Shown piece by piece: positions 38,548 to 47,659 of a stretch of DNA of 64,000 bases. The stretch is from Bdellovibrionales bacterium. GTDB taxonomy: Bacteria > Bdellovibrionota > Bdellovibrionia > Bdellovibrionales > UBA1609. The translations under genes were made by a program, and so were the position numbers. Numbering within the stretch: position 1 is the stretch's first letter; each line of letters begins with the position of its first letter. The DNA lies in the NCBI GenBank assembly GCA_041690295.1, contig JAWLHR010000001.1, forward strand, positions 224,001 to 288,000, written 5' to 3'. Below the pieces are notes generated by a model. That model saw only the letters and a list, made by a program, of their open reading frames with translations, was not told the DNA's origin and did not search any database.

Positions 38548-39852
38548 ATGAAATCTACGGTCGATAAGATCGATACTTTATCTCGTAAGATCACAGTCGA
38601 GATCCCGGCGGAAGTCGTCCAAAAAGCATTCGACAAAGTTTATAAGGCCATCCAAAAAAAGGCCAACATAAAGGGATTTCGCCAAGGAAAAGCACCCCTC
38701 TCCAAGATCAAATCACTTTACGGCGAAGAAGTTAAAGGAGATGTGGTTAACGAATTGGTCAACGACGCTTATCGTGAAGCGCTGGATGAACACAATCTCG
38801 AGCCGGTCGGCTATCCAAAAGTCACTTTCTCGCCCATCGAAGAATCCAAAGCTTTTTCCTTCTCGGCGGAATTTGAAATCCGCCCGGAAGTGAATTTGAA
38901 AAAATACGAAGGCCTGACCGTAGTTAAAGAGAAATTGGAAATTCCGGAAGAGCGGATCAATACCATCCTCGAAAATATCCGCGCCAACCAAGCGGAGTTG
39001 AACACCGTTTTTGACGATCGCGCTTTGACAACCGGTGACGTAGCGGTCATCGATTTTGAAGGGCAGATCAACGGCCAACCGTTACCTAATGGATCCGCAA
39101 CTGACCATCATTTGGAAATCGGATCCAATCAATTCATCGAAGGTTTTGAAGACGGTGTAGTGGGAATGAAGATCGGTGAAGAGCGGGTTTTGAATCTGCG
39201 TTTCCCCGAACCGTACCACGAGCCGAGCCTGAGTGGCGCGCCTGTCACTTTCATCGTGAAACTGAAAGGCATCAAAACCAAAGTGTTGCCGGAGCTCAAT
39301 GACGATCTCGCCAAAAAAGTGGGCGAGTTCAATTCCCTGCAAGAGCTTAAAGATCGAATTCGTCAAGACATCAAAGAAAGCGAAGAGCGCCGGATCAATG
39401 ATGACTTAAGAAACCGCGTGGTGCGCGCCCTGGTCGAAGCCAATCCGGTGGATGCTCCCAAAACCTTGGTTCATCAGCAAAAAGCCGCCCTTGAGGAAGA
39501 CTTCAAAGGCCGCCTTAAGCAGCAAGGCATGAGCGACTCGGATTTTGAAGAGTACAAGACCAAGTGGGCCCAAGACTTCGAGGACTCGGCGACTTTCATG
39601 GTGAAATCCACGTTCTTGCTCGATGCTTTGGCCGACAAATTGAATCTTCGCGCCACGGCAGAGGAGATCGACCAGAAAATCAACGAATACGCCAGACAGA
39701 CCGGTATCGAGCTTGAGCGCCTCAAAGAGTTTTATGGCAATCCGGAACGTCGTTCTCGCCTGAGCTTCCAAGTGACGGAAGAAAAGGTGGTTTCGTATTT
39801 GGTCGACAAGTCGAATATTTCGGAAGTAACTAAAGACAAATTACCCGGCTAA
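38548..39852 (+). CDS. tig: Trigger factor
   Basis: GFRQGKAP, IDFEG, FIEGFE, FPEPYH; RBS GAAGGAG before ATG 38548. Confidence 0.97.
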   Translation: MKSTVDKIDTLSRKITVEIPAEVVQKAFDKVYKAIQKKANIKGFRQGKAPLSKIKSLYGEEVKGDVVNELVNDAYREALDEHNLEPVGYPKVTFSPIEESKAFSFSAEFEIRPEVNLKKYEGLTVVKEKLEIPEERINTILENIRANQAELNTVFDDRALTTGDVAVIDFEGQINGQPLPNGSATDHHLEIGSNQFIEGFEDGVVGMKIGEERVLNLRFPEPYHEPSLSGAPVTFIVKLKGIKTKVLPELNDDLAKKVGEFNSLQELKDRIRQDIKESEERRINDDLRNRVVRALVEANPVDAPKTLVHQQKAALEEDFKGRLKQQGMSDSDFEEYKTKWAQDFEDSATFMVKSTFLLDALADKLNLRATAEEIDQKINEYARQTGIELERLKEFYGNPERRSRLSFQVTEEKVVSYLVDKSNISEVTKDKLPG

Positions 39853-39873
39853 CAGTTTTTAGGAGAGTTTCAA

Positions 39874-40281
39874 ATGATTCGCTTCGCCCTGTTCGTCCTT
39901 ATGTTGCTGATTGTGTCTTGCGCCCATCACCGTGACGTGCGCCCCGGCGCCGACGGAGTCCACCGCGTGCAGATCCAGACCGATGATGTGGAAAGTTCCA
40001 CTCGCGACGCGATTTCTCAGGCCAATCATTACTGCAAACAGAAAAACCAGGAAGCCGCGTTCATCCAAGAAGAACAAAAGTACACCGGCGATATGGACGA
40101 GCAATCGTATAAGGCCGCCAAACGCGCGACCACTGTCGCCAAGACCGTGGGCGGTGCGGTTTGGGTTTTCGGCGGTCGCAAAGAAAGCACCATCGGTGGC
40201 TTGGCCGGATTGGGCGGAATGGTCGGTGACGCCGCCCTCGGCAAAGGCTACACCGTTGAGATGCGGTTCAAGTGCCAATAA
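39874..40281 (+). CDS. Small lipoprotein with a glycine-zipper-like segment
   Basis: Lipobox IVSC; RBS AGGAG; GGLAGLGG. Confidence 0.8.
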   Translation: MIRFALFVLMLLIVSCAHHRDVRPGADGVHRVQIQTDDVESSTRDAISQANHYCKQKNQEAAFIQEEQKYTGDMDEQSYKAAKRATTVAKTVGGAVWVFGGRKESTIGGLAGLGGMVGDAALGKGYTVEMRFKCQ

Positions 40282-40284
40282 GGC

Positions 40285-41712
40285 TTAATTAGCCGCTGAT
40301 TTGGCGGCTTCCGGCTTGGCCGGCGTCTCGCCGTTCAACACTAACGCACGCAAGTAATTGTACGCCTGCTGAACCTGGAAATCGTCCTTCAGCAGGCGAT
40401 CCTTCGGCGAAAGTTCTTTTTGATTTTTGTTATCCGGCTCGGTCCACCAATATTGAACCTTTTTGAACTCGGTCTTTTTGCCGGAATCCTTTTTCTGATT
40501 TTTATGGGCGATCGCGTTCGGCCCTTTGTTTTCCGCCTCGTTGTCGCCTTGCAGATGGCCGGCCATATCGCCTTCCCGGCGGACATCGCGCTTGATCCGC
40601 GCACGATCCAACACTTCTGGCGAAAAATCCTCAAGTTCTATGTCGGGCACGATGCCATAGGCCTGAATGCTGCGCCCGCTGGGCGTGTAATAACGGCCCA
40701 CCGTCAATTTCAAGCCGGAACCGTCACCTAGCTTGACCACCGATTGCACCGATCCCTTACCGAAACTCCGCTGGCCCATCACCAACGCGCGCTTATTATC
40801 TTGTAAAGCGCCCGCCAAAATTTCCGAAGCGCTGGCGGAATATTCGTCGATCAAAACAATCAAAGGAAAGTAACTAAATGTTCCGTTTTTCTTTTTAGCG
40901 TAAATGACTTCCTTTTCTTTTTTATTGCGGCCCATGGTGCTGACGATGATGCCCTTATCCATAAAGAGATTGCTGGCCTGAACCGCCTGATCGAGCAAGC
41001 CGCCGGGGTTACGGCGCAAATCGAGAATCAATCCCTTTACGCCCTTATACTTTTTCTCGTGGGCGGCGATGGCCTTTTGCAGATCCGACGCGGAATTTTC
41101 GATGAAGCTCGTGATTTTCACATAGCCGTAGCCGTCGCCCAAATCGGTGTACTTCACCGATTTGATCTTCACCGTTCCCCGTTCGATCACGAAGGTTTTC
41201 GGCTGATCGAAGCCGTCGCGGAAAATCCCCAGCTTCACTTTCACGCCTTTTTTACCTTTCATGCGCTGGGCGGCCTCGACCAAACTGAATCCCTTGGTGG
41301 ACTCACCGTCGATTTCCACAATTTTATCCCCAGCTTTAATCCCCGCCTTCCACGCGGGTGTGTCTTCAATCGGTGAAATTACGGTCAAGACTCCGTTTTG
41401 CACGGTGATCTCGATGCCAATCCCGCCGAACTCACCGCTCGTTTCCGTCTCGAATTCTTTGTAAATATCGGGCGGCAGAAAATTGGTGTGAGGATCAAGC
41501 TCGCGCAACATGCCTTTGATCCCACCGTAGATCAACTTTTTGGTATCCACTTCCTCGACGTAAAACTGTTGAACAAGATTGAGGACTTTCGCGAACAACT
41601 GAAGTTCTTGGTAGCGTTCGTCGGCGAAAACCCGAACACTTTTTGATGTCGACGCCAGGAAGACCAGTCCAAGAGTTAATCCCACGACCAAGGTCCATTT
41701 ATGTCGCTTCAC
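40285..41712 (-). CDS. ctpA: Carboxyl-terminal processing protease (S41A)
   Basis: LDPHT, PDZ GIGIE, DLRRNPGG, SASASEI, FGKGSVQ. Confidence 0.93.
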   Translation of the reverse strand: MKRHKWTLVVGLTLGLVFLASTSKSVRVFADERYQELQLFAKVLNLVQQFYVEEVDTKKLIYGGIKGMLRELDPHTNFLPPDIYKEFETETSGEFGGIGIEITVQNGVLTVISPIEDTPAWKAGIKAGDKIVEIDGESTKGFSLVEAAQRMKGKKGVKVKLGIFRDGFDQPKTFVIERGTVKIKSVKYTDLGDGYGYVKITSFIENSASDLQKAIAAHEKKYKGVKGLILDLRRNPGGLLDQAVQASNLFMDKGIIVSTMGRNKKEKEVIYAKKKNGTFSYFPLIVLIDEYSASASEILAGALQDNKRALVMGQRSFGKGSVQSVVKLGDGSGLKLTVGRYYTPSGRSIQAYGIVPDIELEDFSPEVLDRARIKRDVRREGDMAGHLQGDNEAENKGPNAIAHKNQKKDSGKKTEFKKVQYWWTEPDNKNQKELSPKDRLLKDDFQVQQAYNYLRALVLNGETPAKPEAAKSAAN

Positions 41713-42791
41713 GGTTCCCCCCTTCGCGCCGTCTTGATCACAGATTCCTTGATCCAGGGACGTGGGTCAATGGCATCTGTGAAGTGCCGGATTTCAAAGT
41801 AAACTCCTGGCCCAAAGAGAGGCGAACTGTGACCCGAAAGCGCGATCACGTCACCTTCTTTAACAGGCGCGCCCTCTTTGACCCGTAGCCGGGAGTTGTA
41901 CGCGTAAACCGAATAATAATTCTCGCCGTGATCGATGATGACGGTGTTGCCGAACCCTGGAATCCGAGTGGCCAACTCGACCTTACCGGAGAACACGGCG
42001 CGGACAGGTGTAAGTTGCGGTACGGAATAAAAGTTCCCTTTGTGCATAAGTCGAAACCTGAACTGCGGATCCACGTAGGTGCCGTATTCACGACGGAGCT
42101 TTCCGTTCACCGGCGGCGGAAGCGAGCCTCTTCGTTCAAAAAAAGCGAGGTCCACACTGGACTCGTCGCTCGCCGTTTGACTTCGGAGGTGGCGCAAGCG
42201 GGAAAGGTGACCTTCCTTGCTTTCTCTGAGTTCCGCGAGAATTTTGGATTTGGCGCGCATCTGTTCGGTGAGTTCCTCTTCGCGCGCTTGCATGCTTTTG
42301 CGCATGTTCAAGAGTTTCGCGGCGGCGACGGTCAACTGCCGTCTCTTTTTCTTTAGTTCCGCCAAGTGAGCCAGGTAGATCTTTACGTATTCATGATCGC
42401 TATCGACCATCCGGCGCAAAAACCTGTGATTGCGCTCAAGCTCAATGGGAGATTGCGCGCTAAACAACCAGGCCCAGGGATTGCGCGAGCGTCCTTGATA
42501 AAGCTGGCGCAATCTTTGATTCAGCATCTCTTTCTGCCTCACGGTGCGCGCTTCAAGCTCACCGACTTCGCGGGCCAATTCGCGGGCCGAAGCTTCCTGA
42601 CTGAGCAACCGGTCGTTTAAAGCCGCTTTTCGTTTCGCGATCTCTTTGATCTTTTGATTCAAAAGGAACAGTTGGCCTTTTTCTTCCCGCTGCTTGCGTT
42701 CCGTCTCGGAAATCTGGCTTCGCGCTTTCAAGATGGCGTCGTCTTCCCCGAATACGCCTTGCGCGACGAAGAGAATGGCCAGCCAGTACAT
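41709..42791 (-). CDS. envC: Murein hydrolase activator EnvC (coiled coil + degenerate M23)
   Basis: Follows ftsEX; IIDHG, YFEIR; Zn ligands degenerate (HKGNF, YAY). Confidence 0.85.
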   Translation of the reverse strand: MYWLAILFVAQGVFGEDDAILKARSQISETERKQREEKGQLFLLNQKIKEIAKRKAALNDRLLSQEASARELAREVGELEARTVRQKEMLNQRLRQLYQGRSRNPWAWLFSAQSPIELERNHRFLRRMVDSDHEYVKIYLAHLAELKKKRRQLTVAAAKLLNMRKSMQAREEELTEQMRAKSKILAELRESKEGHLSRLRHLRSQTASDESSVDLAFFERRGSLPPPVNGKLRREYGTYVDPQFRFRLMHKGNFYSVPQLTPVRAVFSGKVELATRIPGFGNTVIIDHGENYYSVYAYNSRLRVKEGAPVKEGDVIALSGHSSPLFGPGVYFEIRHFTDAIDPRPWIKESVIKTARRGEP

Positions 42792-42792
42792 A

Positions 42793-43713
42793 TCAACTCA
42801 CCGCCGCCGACCAGCCCGTGTTGATTTTTCGCACACAATACCATGCGCCCAATACGCCGAAGATGAGCGCCGTGATCAGATTTATAATCACCATCCAGAA
42901 GGTCATTGGGCTCAATTGATCAAAGGCCATCCAGAACGCCCAACTTTTCGCGGACCAATTCAAGAGCCACTTGTGCAAACCCCAGCTGAGCGCGATCGAA
43001 GCCACCGATGAAAAAAGACCGATCACCGCACCTTCCAATAAGAAGGGAAGCCGAATGAAAGTCTTCGTCGCCCCCACCAGCTCGAGGATCTCGATTTCTT
43101 CGCGCCGCTGTGAAAATGATAAGCGAATGCAATTGCCCACGATCAGCAATCCCACAAACACACTTAAGATCCACATCACCAGCACCAGGCCTCGCGCGCT
43201 CACCAGAAATTTGGTGAAATTCTCAACCCATCCTTGGCCGTAAAAAACATCTTCAACGTACTCATAAGCCTTAAAACGCGCGCCCCAGGTCTCAAGCGTG
43301 GACACGCGGTTCGCCACCGGAACACTTGATTTCAGGCGAAGCTCAAAACTGGCCGGAATCGGTGAACTCCACTTGGGATCTTTCAAAAGTTCCAGTGATT
43401 CGGGGCCAAGGGCGGTTAAAAATTTTTGTGTCGCCTCTTCTTTTGCGGTGAAGCGGATGTCTTCGAAATCTCCGCTTTGCTCCACCATGGTTCTAAAACG
43501 CTCCAACGTTTCGCCGGCGGCGTTTTCCTTGAGATAAACGATCATTTCCAGACCGCGGCCCCATTGATCAATGGTGTGGTGAAAGGCGGAATAGCCGAGG
43601 AACAGGAAATTAAGCATGACCAAAACCAGGGTCATCACCGTGACCGAGGCCATTTGCAATCCCCAGTGCCGCTCCCACGCGCGTGCCAGCTGCTGAATCA
43701 AGTAATTCTTCAT
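42793..43713 (-). CDS. ftsX: Cell division permease FtsX
   Basis: NCIRLSFSQRREEIEILELVGAT, PFLLEG. Confidence 0.93.
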   Translation of the reverse strand: MKNYLIQQLARAWERHWGLQMASVTVMTLVLVMLNFLFLGYSAFHHTIDQWGRGLEMIVYLKENAAGETLERFRTMVEQSGDFEDIRFTAKEEATQKFLTALGPESLELLKDPKWSSPIPASFELRLKSSVPVANRVSTLETWGARFKAYEYVEDVFYGQGWVENFTKFLVSARGLVLVMWILSVFVGLLIVGNCIRLSFSQRREEIEILELVGATKTFIRLPFLLEGAVIGLFSSVASIALSWGLHKWLLNWSAKSWAFWMAFDQLSPMTFWMVIINLITALIFGVLGAWYCVRKINTGWSAAVS

Positions 43714-44363
43714 GCGCGCACCTCACCGGCGTTGATCTGCAACACGCGATAAGATTTACGTCGGATCAAATCGGTATCGTGAGTGGCCACGAACACGGTC
43801 GTGCCTTGGCCGTTGATCGCCTCGAGTAGTTTAAAAATTTCTCCACTCATGTGATGGTCAAGGTTTCCCGTCGGCTCGTCGGCCACCAGAACGCCGGGAT
43901 TATGAACCAAGGCTCGGGCCACCGCGACCCGTTGCTGCTCTCCACCGGAGAGTTCCTCGGGACGCGCATCAAGTTTTTGATCAAGGCCGACTTTACCCAA
44001 AACCTCGCGCACGCGGGTGTCGATCACCTTGGCGTCTTGGCCGAGCACGATCAGCGGGACCGCCACATTGTCATACACCGTTCGATCGCGAAGGAGCCGG
44101 AAATCCTGGTAAACCACGCCGATGCGGCGGCGAAAAAAAGGAATTTCGGCGGGGCTGATCTCGTTCACATCCTGGCCAAGCACGGTCACTCGCCCCGATG
44201 AGGGCCGATCGAAGGCCGAAATCAGGCGAAAGAGCGTGGTTTTACCGGCGCCGCTGGGTCCGGTGAGAAAAACGAATTCACCTTTTTCGATTTCGAACGA
44301 AACGTTACGCAAACCATGATAGCCGTTGGAGAAAATTTTGTAGGCGTGAGCGAAAGAGATCAT
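43710..44363 (-). CDS. ftsE: Cell division ATPase FtsE
   Basis: GPSGAGKTT, GVVYQDFRLL, LSGGEQQR, ADEPTGNLD. Confidence 0.95.
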   Translation of the reverse strand: MISFAHAYKIFSNGYHGLRNVSFEIEKGEFVFLTGPSGAGKTTLFRLISAFDRPSSGRVTVLGQDVNEISPAEIPFFRRRIGVVYQDFRLLRDRTVYDNVAVPLIVLGQDAKVIDTRVREVLGKVGLDQKLDARPEELSGGEQQRVAVARALVHNPGVLVADEPTGNLDHHMSGEIFKLLEAINGQGTTVFVATHDTDLIRRKSYRVLQINAGEVRA

Positions 44364-44384
44364 GCCTAAATAGTTTAACGGCGC

Positions 44385-44639
44385 TCAGAGAAGTTGGCCA
44401 GAAAGCAGCAGGTCCAGAATTTGTTGGTGCTGGATCTTCATCGCAAGCCGAATGGCCTTGCTTTCGGTTCTCGCGTTCTCCGGCAGCACCTCGTGATAGG
44501 CGGTTTTAACACTCTTGAGCACGGCACCGTTGTGGAACACGCGACTGACTAAATAAGGATTATTTAATCCCCAATCTTCGGTCTGGACATGGTATTGAGC
44601 GCCCCGCCAGGAAATGTCTGAATTGAATCCCTTTTCCAC
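44385..44639 (-). CDS. Small hypothetical protein (GFN...YHVQTED type)
   Basis: GTG start VEKGFNSD; YHVQTEDWG; QHQQIL. Confidence 0.7.
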   Translation of the reverse strand: MEKGFNSDISWRGAQYHVQTEDWGLNNPYLVSRVFHNGAVLKSVKTAYHEVLPENARTESKAIRLAMKIQHQQILDLLLSGQLL

Positions 44640-44773
44640 ATTATTAATATGCGATTGCCCGGGAACGTATTCAAGGCTGTTTCGTAATGAGACGACGGGC
44701 TCGGCGCGCTGCCTAAAGATTGGTCGCACTTCCGCCTTAGGTCCGGGTTAATGCCGACTCTGCCATTAGTCCT

Positions 44774-44800
44774 CAAACGAAAGCCGGGAACGGCCGATCA
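44774..44800 (+). promoter_or_regulatory. Sigma-28 (FliA)-like promoter
   Basis: CAAA-N15-GCCGATCA ending 11 nt before ATG 44812. Confidence 0.55.
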
Positions 44801-44811
44801 ATCCATTACGT

Positions 44812-46590
44812 ATGGCGGGTCGTGTTTTATCAACTTTGATTCTTCTCCTTTCGATCCTTGGATGTAACAGCGAGGATTCGGCGAGTGTGGCGACCGGTGG
44901 GCGAATTGATCCATCTTACAATGGTCCCGCGGAAACGGATTATTGCCCAGGTTCAACCAATTACACAGGTTCGACGGTCACGGTTAGCGGAACGGCCAAG
45001 TTCACGCGGCGTAATCCATGGGGAACGGAAGGTGCTGGGAACGGTGGTCTGGGTGGCGCACTCACAACCAGCCCGCATCCGGCCTCGGAACACCCCATTC
45101 GTTATGCCGAGGTCCGCATAACCGATCCCGCGGGCAACCTGGTCCAATGCGGAGAAACCGACGGCACGGGCGCTTTTTCCCTCACTGTTCCCACGGGGGC
45201 CGTGACCTATACCCTTTCCGTGATCAGCCGGTCCTATAATTCCAAATTGCGCGCTTCCGTTTTGAACCGGCCCGAACAGAACCGATTCTATTCACTTTCG
45301 CAAACTTTCACCGCGAGTAGCTCCGTGAATCTCGGCGTGCTGATGGCGAAGGCCTCGGGCGACAACCTCGGCGCCGCGTTTAATATCTTAGATCAGTTTT
45401 TGGAAGCGAATGAATACTTGCGCAGTGAGGTCGGAAACTGCAGCGCCACTTTGGCCGGTTGTCTGGATTTTACCGTTGCGCCCAAGGTGGTGGCCTATTG
45501 GGAAAACGGTTTCAATCCCAATAGCTATTTCGGCTCTTCCAGCGGATTAAGTTTTTATCTTCCGGGCTATTCACGCCTTTTCATTCTCGGCGGCAACAAC
45601 GGTGATGTGGACAATTCCGATACCGACCATTTCGACAACTCGGTGATTCTCCACGAATACGCCCATTTTCTCGAAGACAATATCTTCACTTCCGACTCGC
45701 CGGGCGGATCACACAATGGCGACCGGGTGATTGATCCCCGTCTCGCGTGGAGTGAAGGCTGGGGTAATTTCTTTCAGGCCGCCGTCCGGAATACCGCGAA
45801 GTACACCGACTCGTTGGGCAATGATGATGGAACGACTCGATTGATTTTCGATGCGGATCTTGAAACCGCCGACCGCGACGAACCGACCACGGACGGACAG
45901 GGGAACTTCCGCGAGTTTTCGGTCACGAGACTCTTATGGGATGCGGTTGATGCAAATGCGGACGGCCCCACCAACGGTGCGACCGACAATGTGGTTTCCG
46001 GCAAATTCAACGAAATCTGGGCCGCGCTGACCAAATCCAGCGATGGTTTCCGCGACGAAGCTTATGCGTTTCGCAATATCGGCCATCTCCATTTGGCACA
46101 GGTGGCATTAAACGCAACCGATTGGTCCACGATCCGAACGATGGAAAGGCAGCATCCCGACACTCGCGATTACGCTCAATATGTAACCACAGGCGCCTGC
46201 GCCGATGAATCGATCACGCCGATTTCAACAAACACCGCCACCAACGAACATTTTCAAACGAACAACAGATTTTACCATTTCCGCCCAACCAGCTCCGCCA
46301 CCTACACCATCACTTTGACTTACACGGACAACACCGGGCCTGGCGTCGTCGATCTTGACCTTTACGTCTATAACAAAAACGCCCGGTTCATGGTGGCACA
46401 AGACGTTATCGGATACAGCCACTCCCAACCCTCGGGCTTGGGTACCCACACTGAAACTGTCAATGTCTCTCTCACCGCGGGCACGGACTATCTGATCAAT
46501 GTGAACGCCTATGTCGGTGCGGGGCTCGGCGGAACCGCCACCTTCAATCTTAAAGTTAACGGGAGCCAGTTATGTCCGGCCACTCTTTAA
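44812..46590 (+). CDS. Lipoprotein zinc metalloprotease (gluzincin-like) with PPC-like C-terminal domain
   Basis: Lipobox ILGC; HEYAH then WSEGWGN; DLDLYVYN PPC motif. Confidence 0.82.
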   Translation: MAGRVLSTLILLLSILGCNSEDSASVATGGRIDPSYNGPAETDYCPGSTNYTGSTVTVSGTAKFTRRNPWGTEGAGNGGLGGALTTSPHPASEHPIRYAEVRITDPAGNLVQCGETDGTGAFSLTVPTGAVTYTLSVISRSYNSKLRASVLNRPEQNRFYSLSQTFTASSSVNLGVLMAKASGDNLGAAFNILDQFLEANEYLRSEVGNCSATLAGCLDFTVAPKVVAYWENGFNPNSYFGSSSGLSFYLPGYSRLFILGGNNGDVDNSDTDHFDNSVILHEYAHFLEDNIFTSDSPGGSHNGDRVIDPRLAWSEGWGNFFQAAVRNTAKYTDSLGNDDGTTRLIFDADLETADRDEPTTDGQGNFREFSVTRLLWDAVDANADGPTNGATDNVVSGKFNEIWAALTKSSDGFRDEAYAFRNIGHLHLAQVALNATDWSTIRTMERQHPDTRDYAQYVTTGACADESITPISTNTATNEHFQTNNRFYHFRPTSSATYTITLTYTDNTGPGVVDLDLYVYNKNARFMVAQDVIGYSHSQPSGLGTHTETVNVSLTAGTDYLINVNAYVGAGLGGTATFNLKVNGSQLCPATL

Positions 46591-47198
46591 GCGCGATATT
46601 TCTATTCATCGCTGTCGCCGCTATCGCTATGGCGACTCATATCGCTGACTTAAGAAAACAAGAACGACGCCCGGCGAGCGTCAAGAAAGAACAGCTCACG
46701 ACGGCTCCGCCTTTTAAACACACTGAAAAACTTCGCGGTCCATTGAACGCCATGATCGAGCTGATCGGAGCGCATCCGATCGCCGCGGGTGACGTGTTTG
46801 TTCTCCGAGGTCTCATTCATTCGACCAAAGATCTTCAGGATGTGGAATTTAAGTGGTCCATTCCCGCCGGACTGGAAGTGGTTAACGGCACAGTGGCCGG
46901 CACAATTTCCATCTTGAAGTCTAATCAACCAACCGAGGTGCAAATCACCCTTCGCGCGTTAGGTCCGGAAAACCGTCAAGTTCACCTGATCACCAACGCC
47001 GCCGACCGGGGCGCTCGATTCGCCGATTCCGCGCAATACAACACGGTTCTCCAAGCCAAAATCGATCAGCGACTGAAAGCCATGCGCGCTTCCACCGAAC
47101 GCGCCGGCTTCCGCGCCAAATCTTTACGGAAATCGGGCGCTAAACCGGGTCCCCAACCCGCCGACTCCAATCGCCACGGCTTGAAAATCTACGAGTGA
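46572..47198 (+). CDS. Exported Ig-like hypothetical protein
   Basis: Overlaps the protease gene; hydrophobic N-terminus, RRPAS, WSIPAGLEVVNG. Confidence 0.75.
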   Translation: MSGHSLSAIFLFIAVAAIAMATHIADLRKQERRPASVKKEQLTTAPPFKHTEKLRGPLNAMIELIGAHPIAAGDVFVLRGLIHSTKDLQDVEFKWSIPAGLEVVNGTVAGTISILKSNQPTEVQITLRALGPENRQVHLITNAADRGARFADSAQYNTVLQAKIDQRLKAMRASTERAGFRAKSLRKSGAKPGPQPADSNRHGLKIYE

Positions 47199-47267
47199 CC
47201 GCCCGCTTTCTTCACATGAAAGCACGTACTCGCGAACAAGTCCGCATGATCCCGGCAAGTTCCAATG

Positions 47268-47285
47268 ACAAGTCCCGGGACTTGT
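47268..47285. repeat. Palindromic repeat copy 3, perfect 18-bp palindrome
   Basis: ACAAGTCCCGGGACTTGT. Confidence 0.9.
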
Positions 47286-47452
47286 TCCTCGAAAATGTGC
47301 GATCCGCATTCCGAATTAGAACTGCGACATTGCATCCCAATCACGCTCATAAGGCGAGATCGCACCAGGCCGCGCCCGACGGAAAAGTCCCTACTTTGAG
47401 TCTTTTGTCTCGTTTCCAAAATTAAGAAAACAGGTCGCCAGCGAGTTCAATG

Positions 47453-47472
47453 ACAAGTCCCGGGACCAGTTC
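47453..47472 (+). repeat. Palindromic repeat copy 4
   Basis: ACAAGTCCCGGGACCAGTTC; upstream GCGAGTTCAATG resembles GCAAGTTCCAATG before copy 3. Confidence 0.9.
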
Positions 47473-47659
47473 TTATAATATTCTAAAAACTAAGCATCTT
47501 GGTGATCTGTGGTGAACGTAAGAATCATTTTTGCCTTCAATGAAAGTGAGTGATTGAAATTTTTGACGAAAGTTTCATCCGGATTCTGGACGCGTTAGAA
47601 AATAAAACATATTTATATTTATCCGATTCATTGATATGTTCGATTGCTCTTGAGGGGGC

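Noticed and set aside
41709..42791. Inactivated M23 peptidase as a pseudogene or novelty
   Set aside because: Loss of Zn ligands is normal for EnvC.
47195..47425. Short ORFs across the repeat-rich spacer (also 20334..20594)
   Set aside because: No RBS or motifs; they run through the palindromic repeats.
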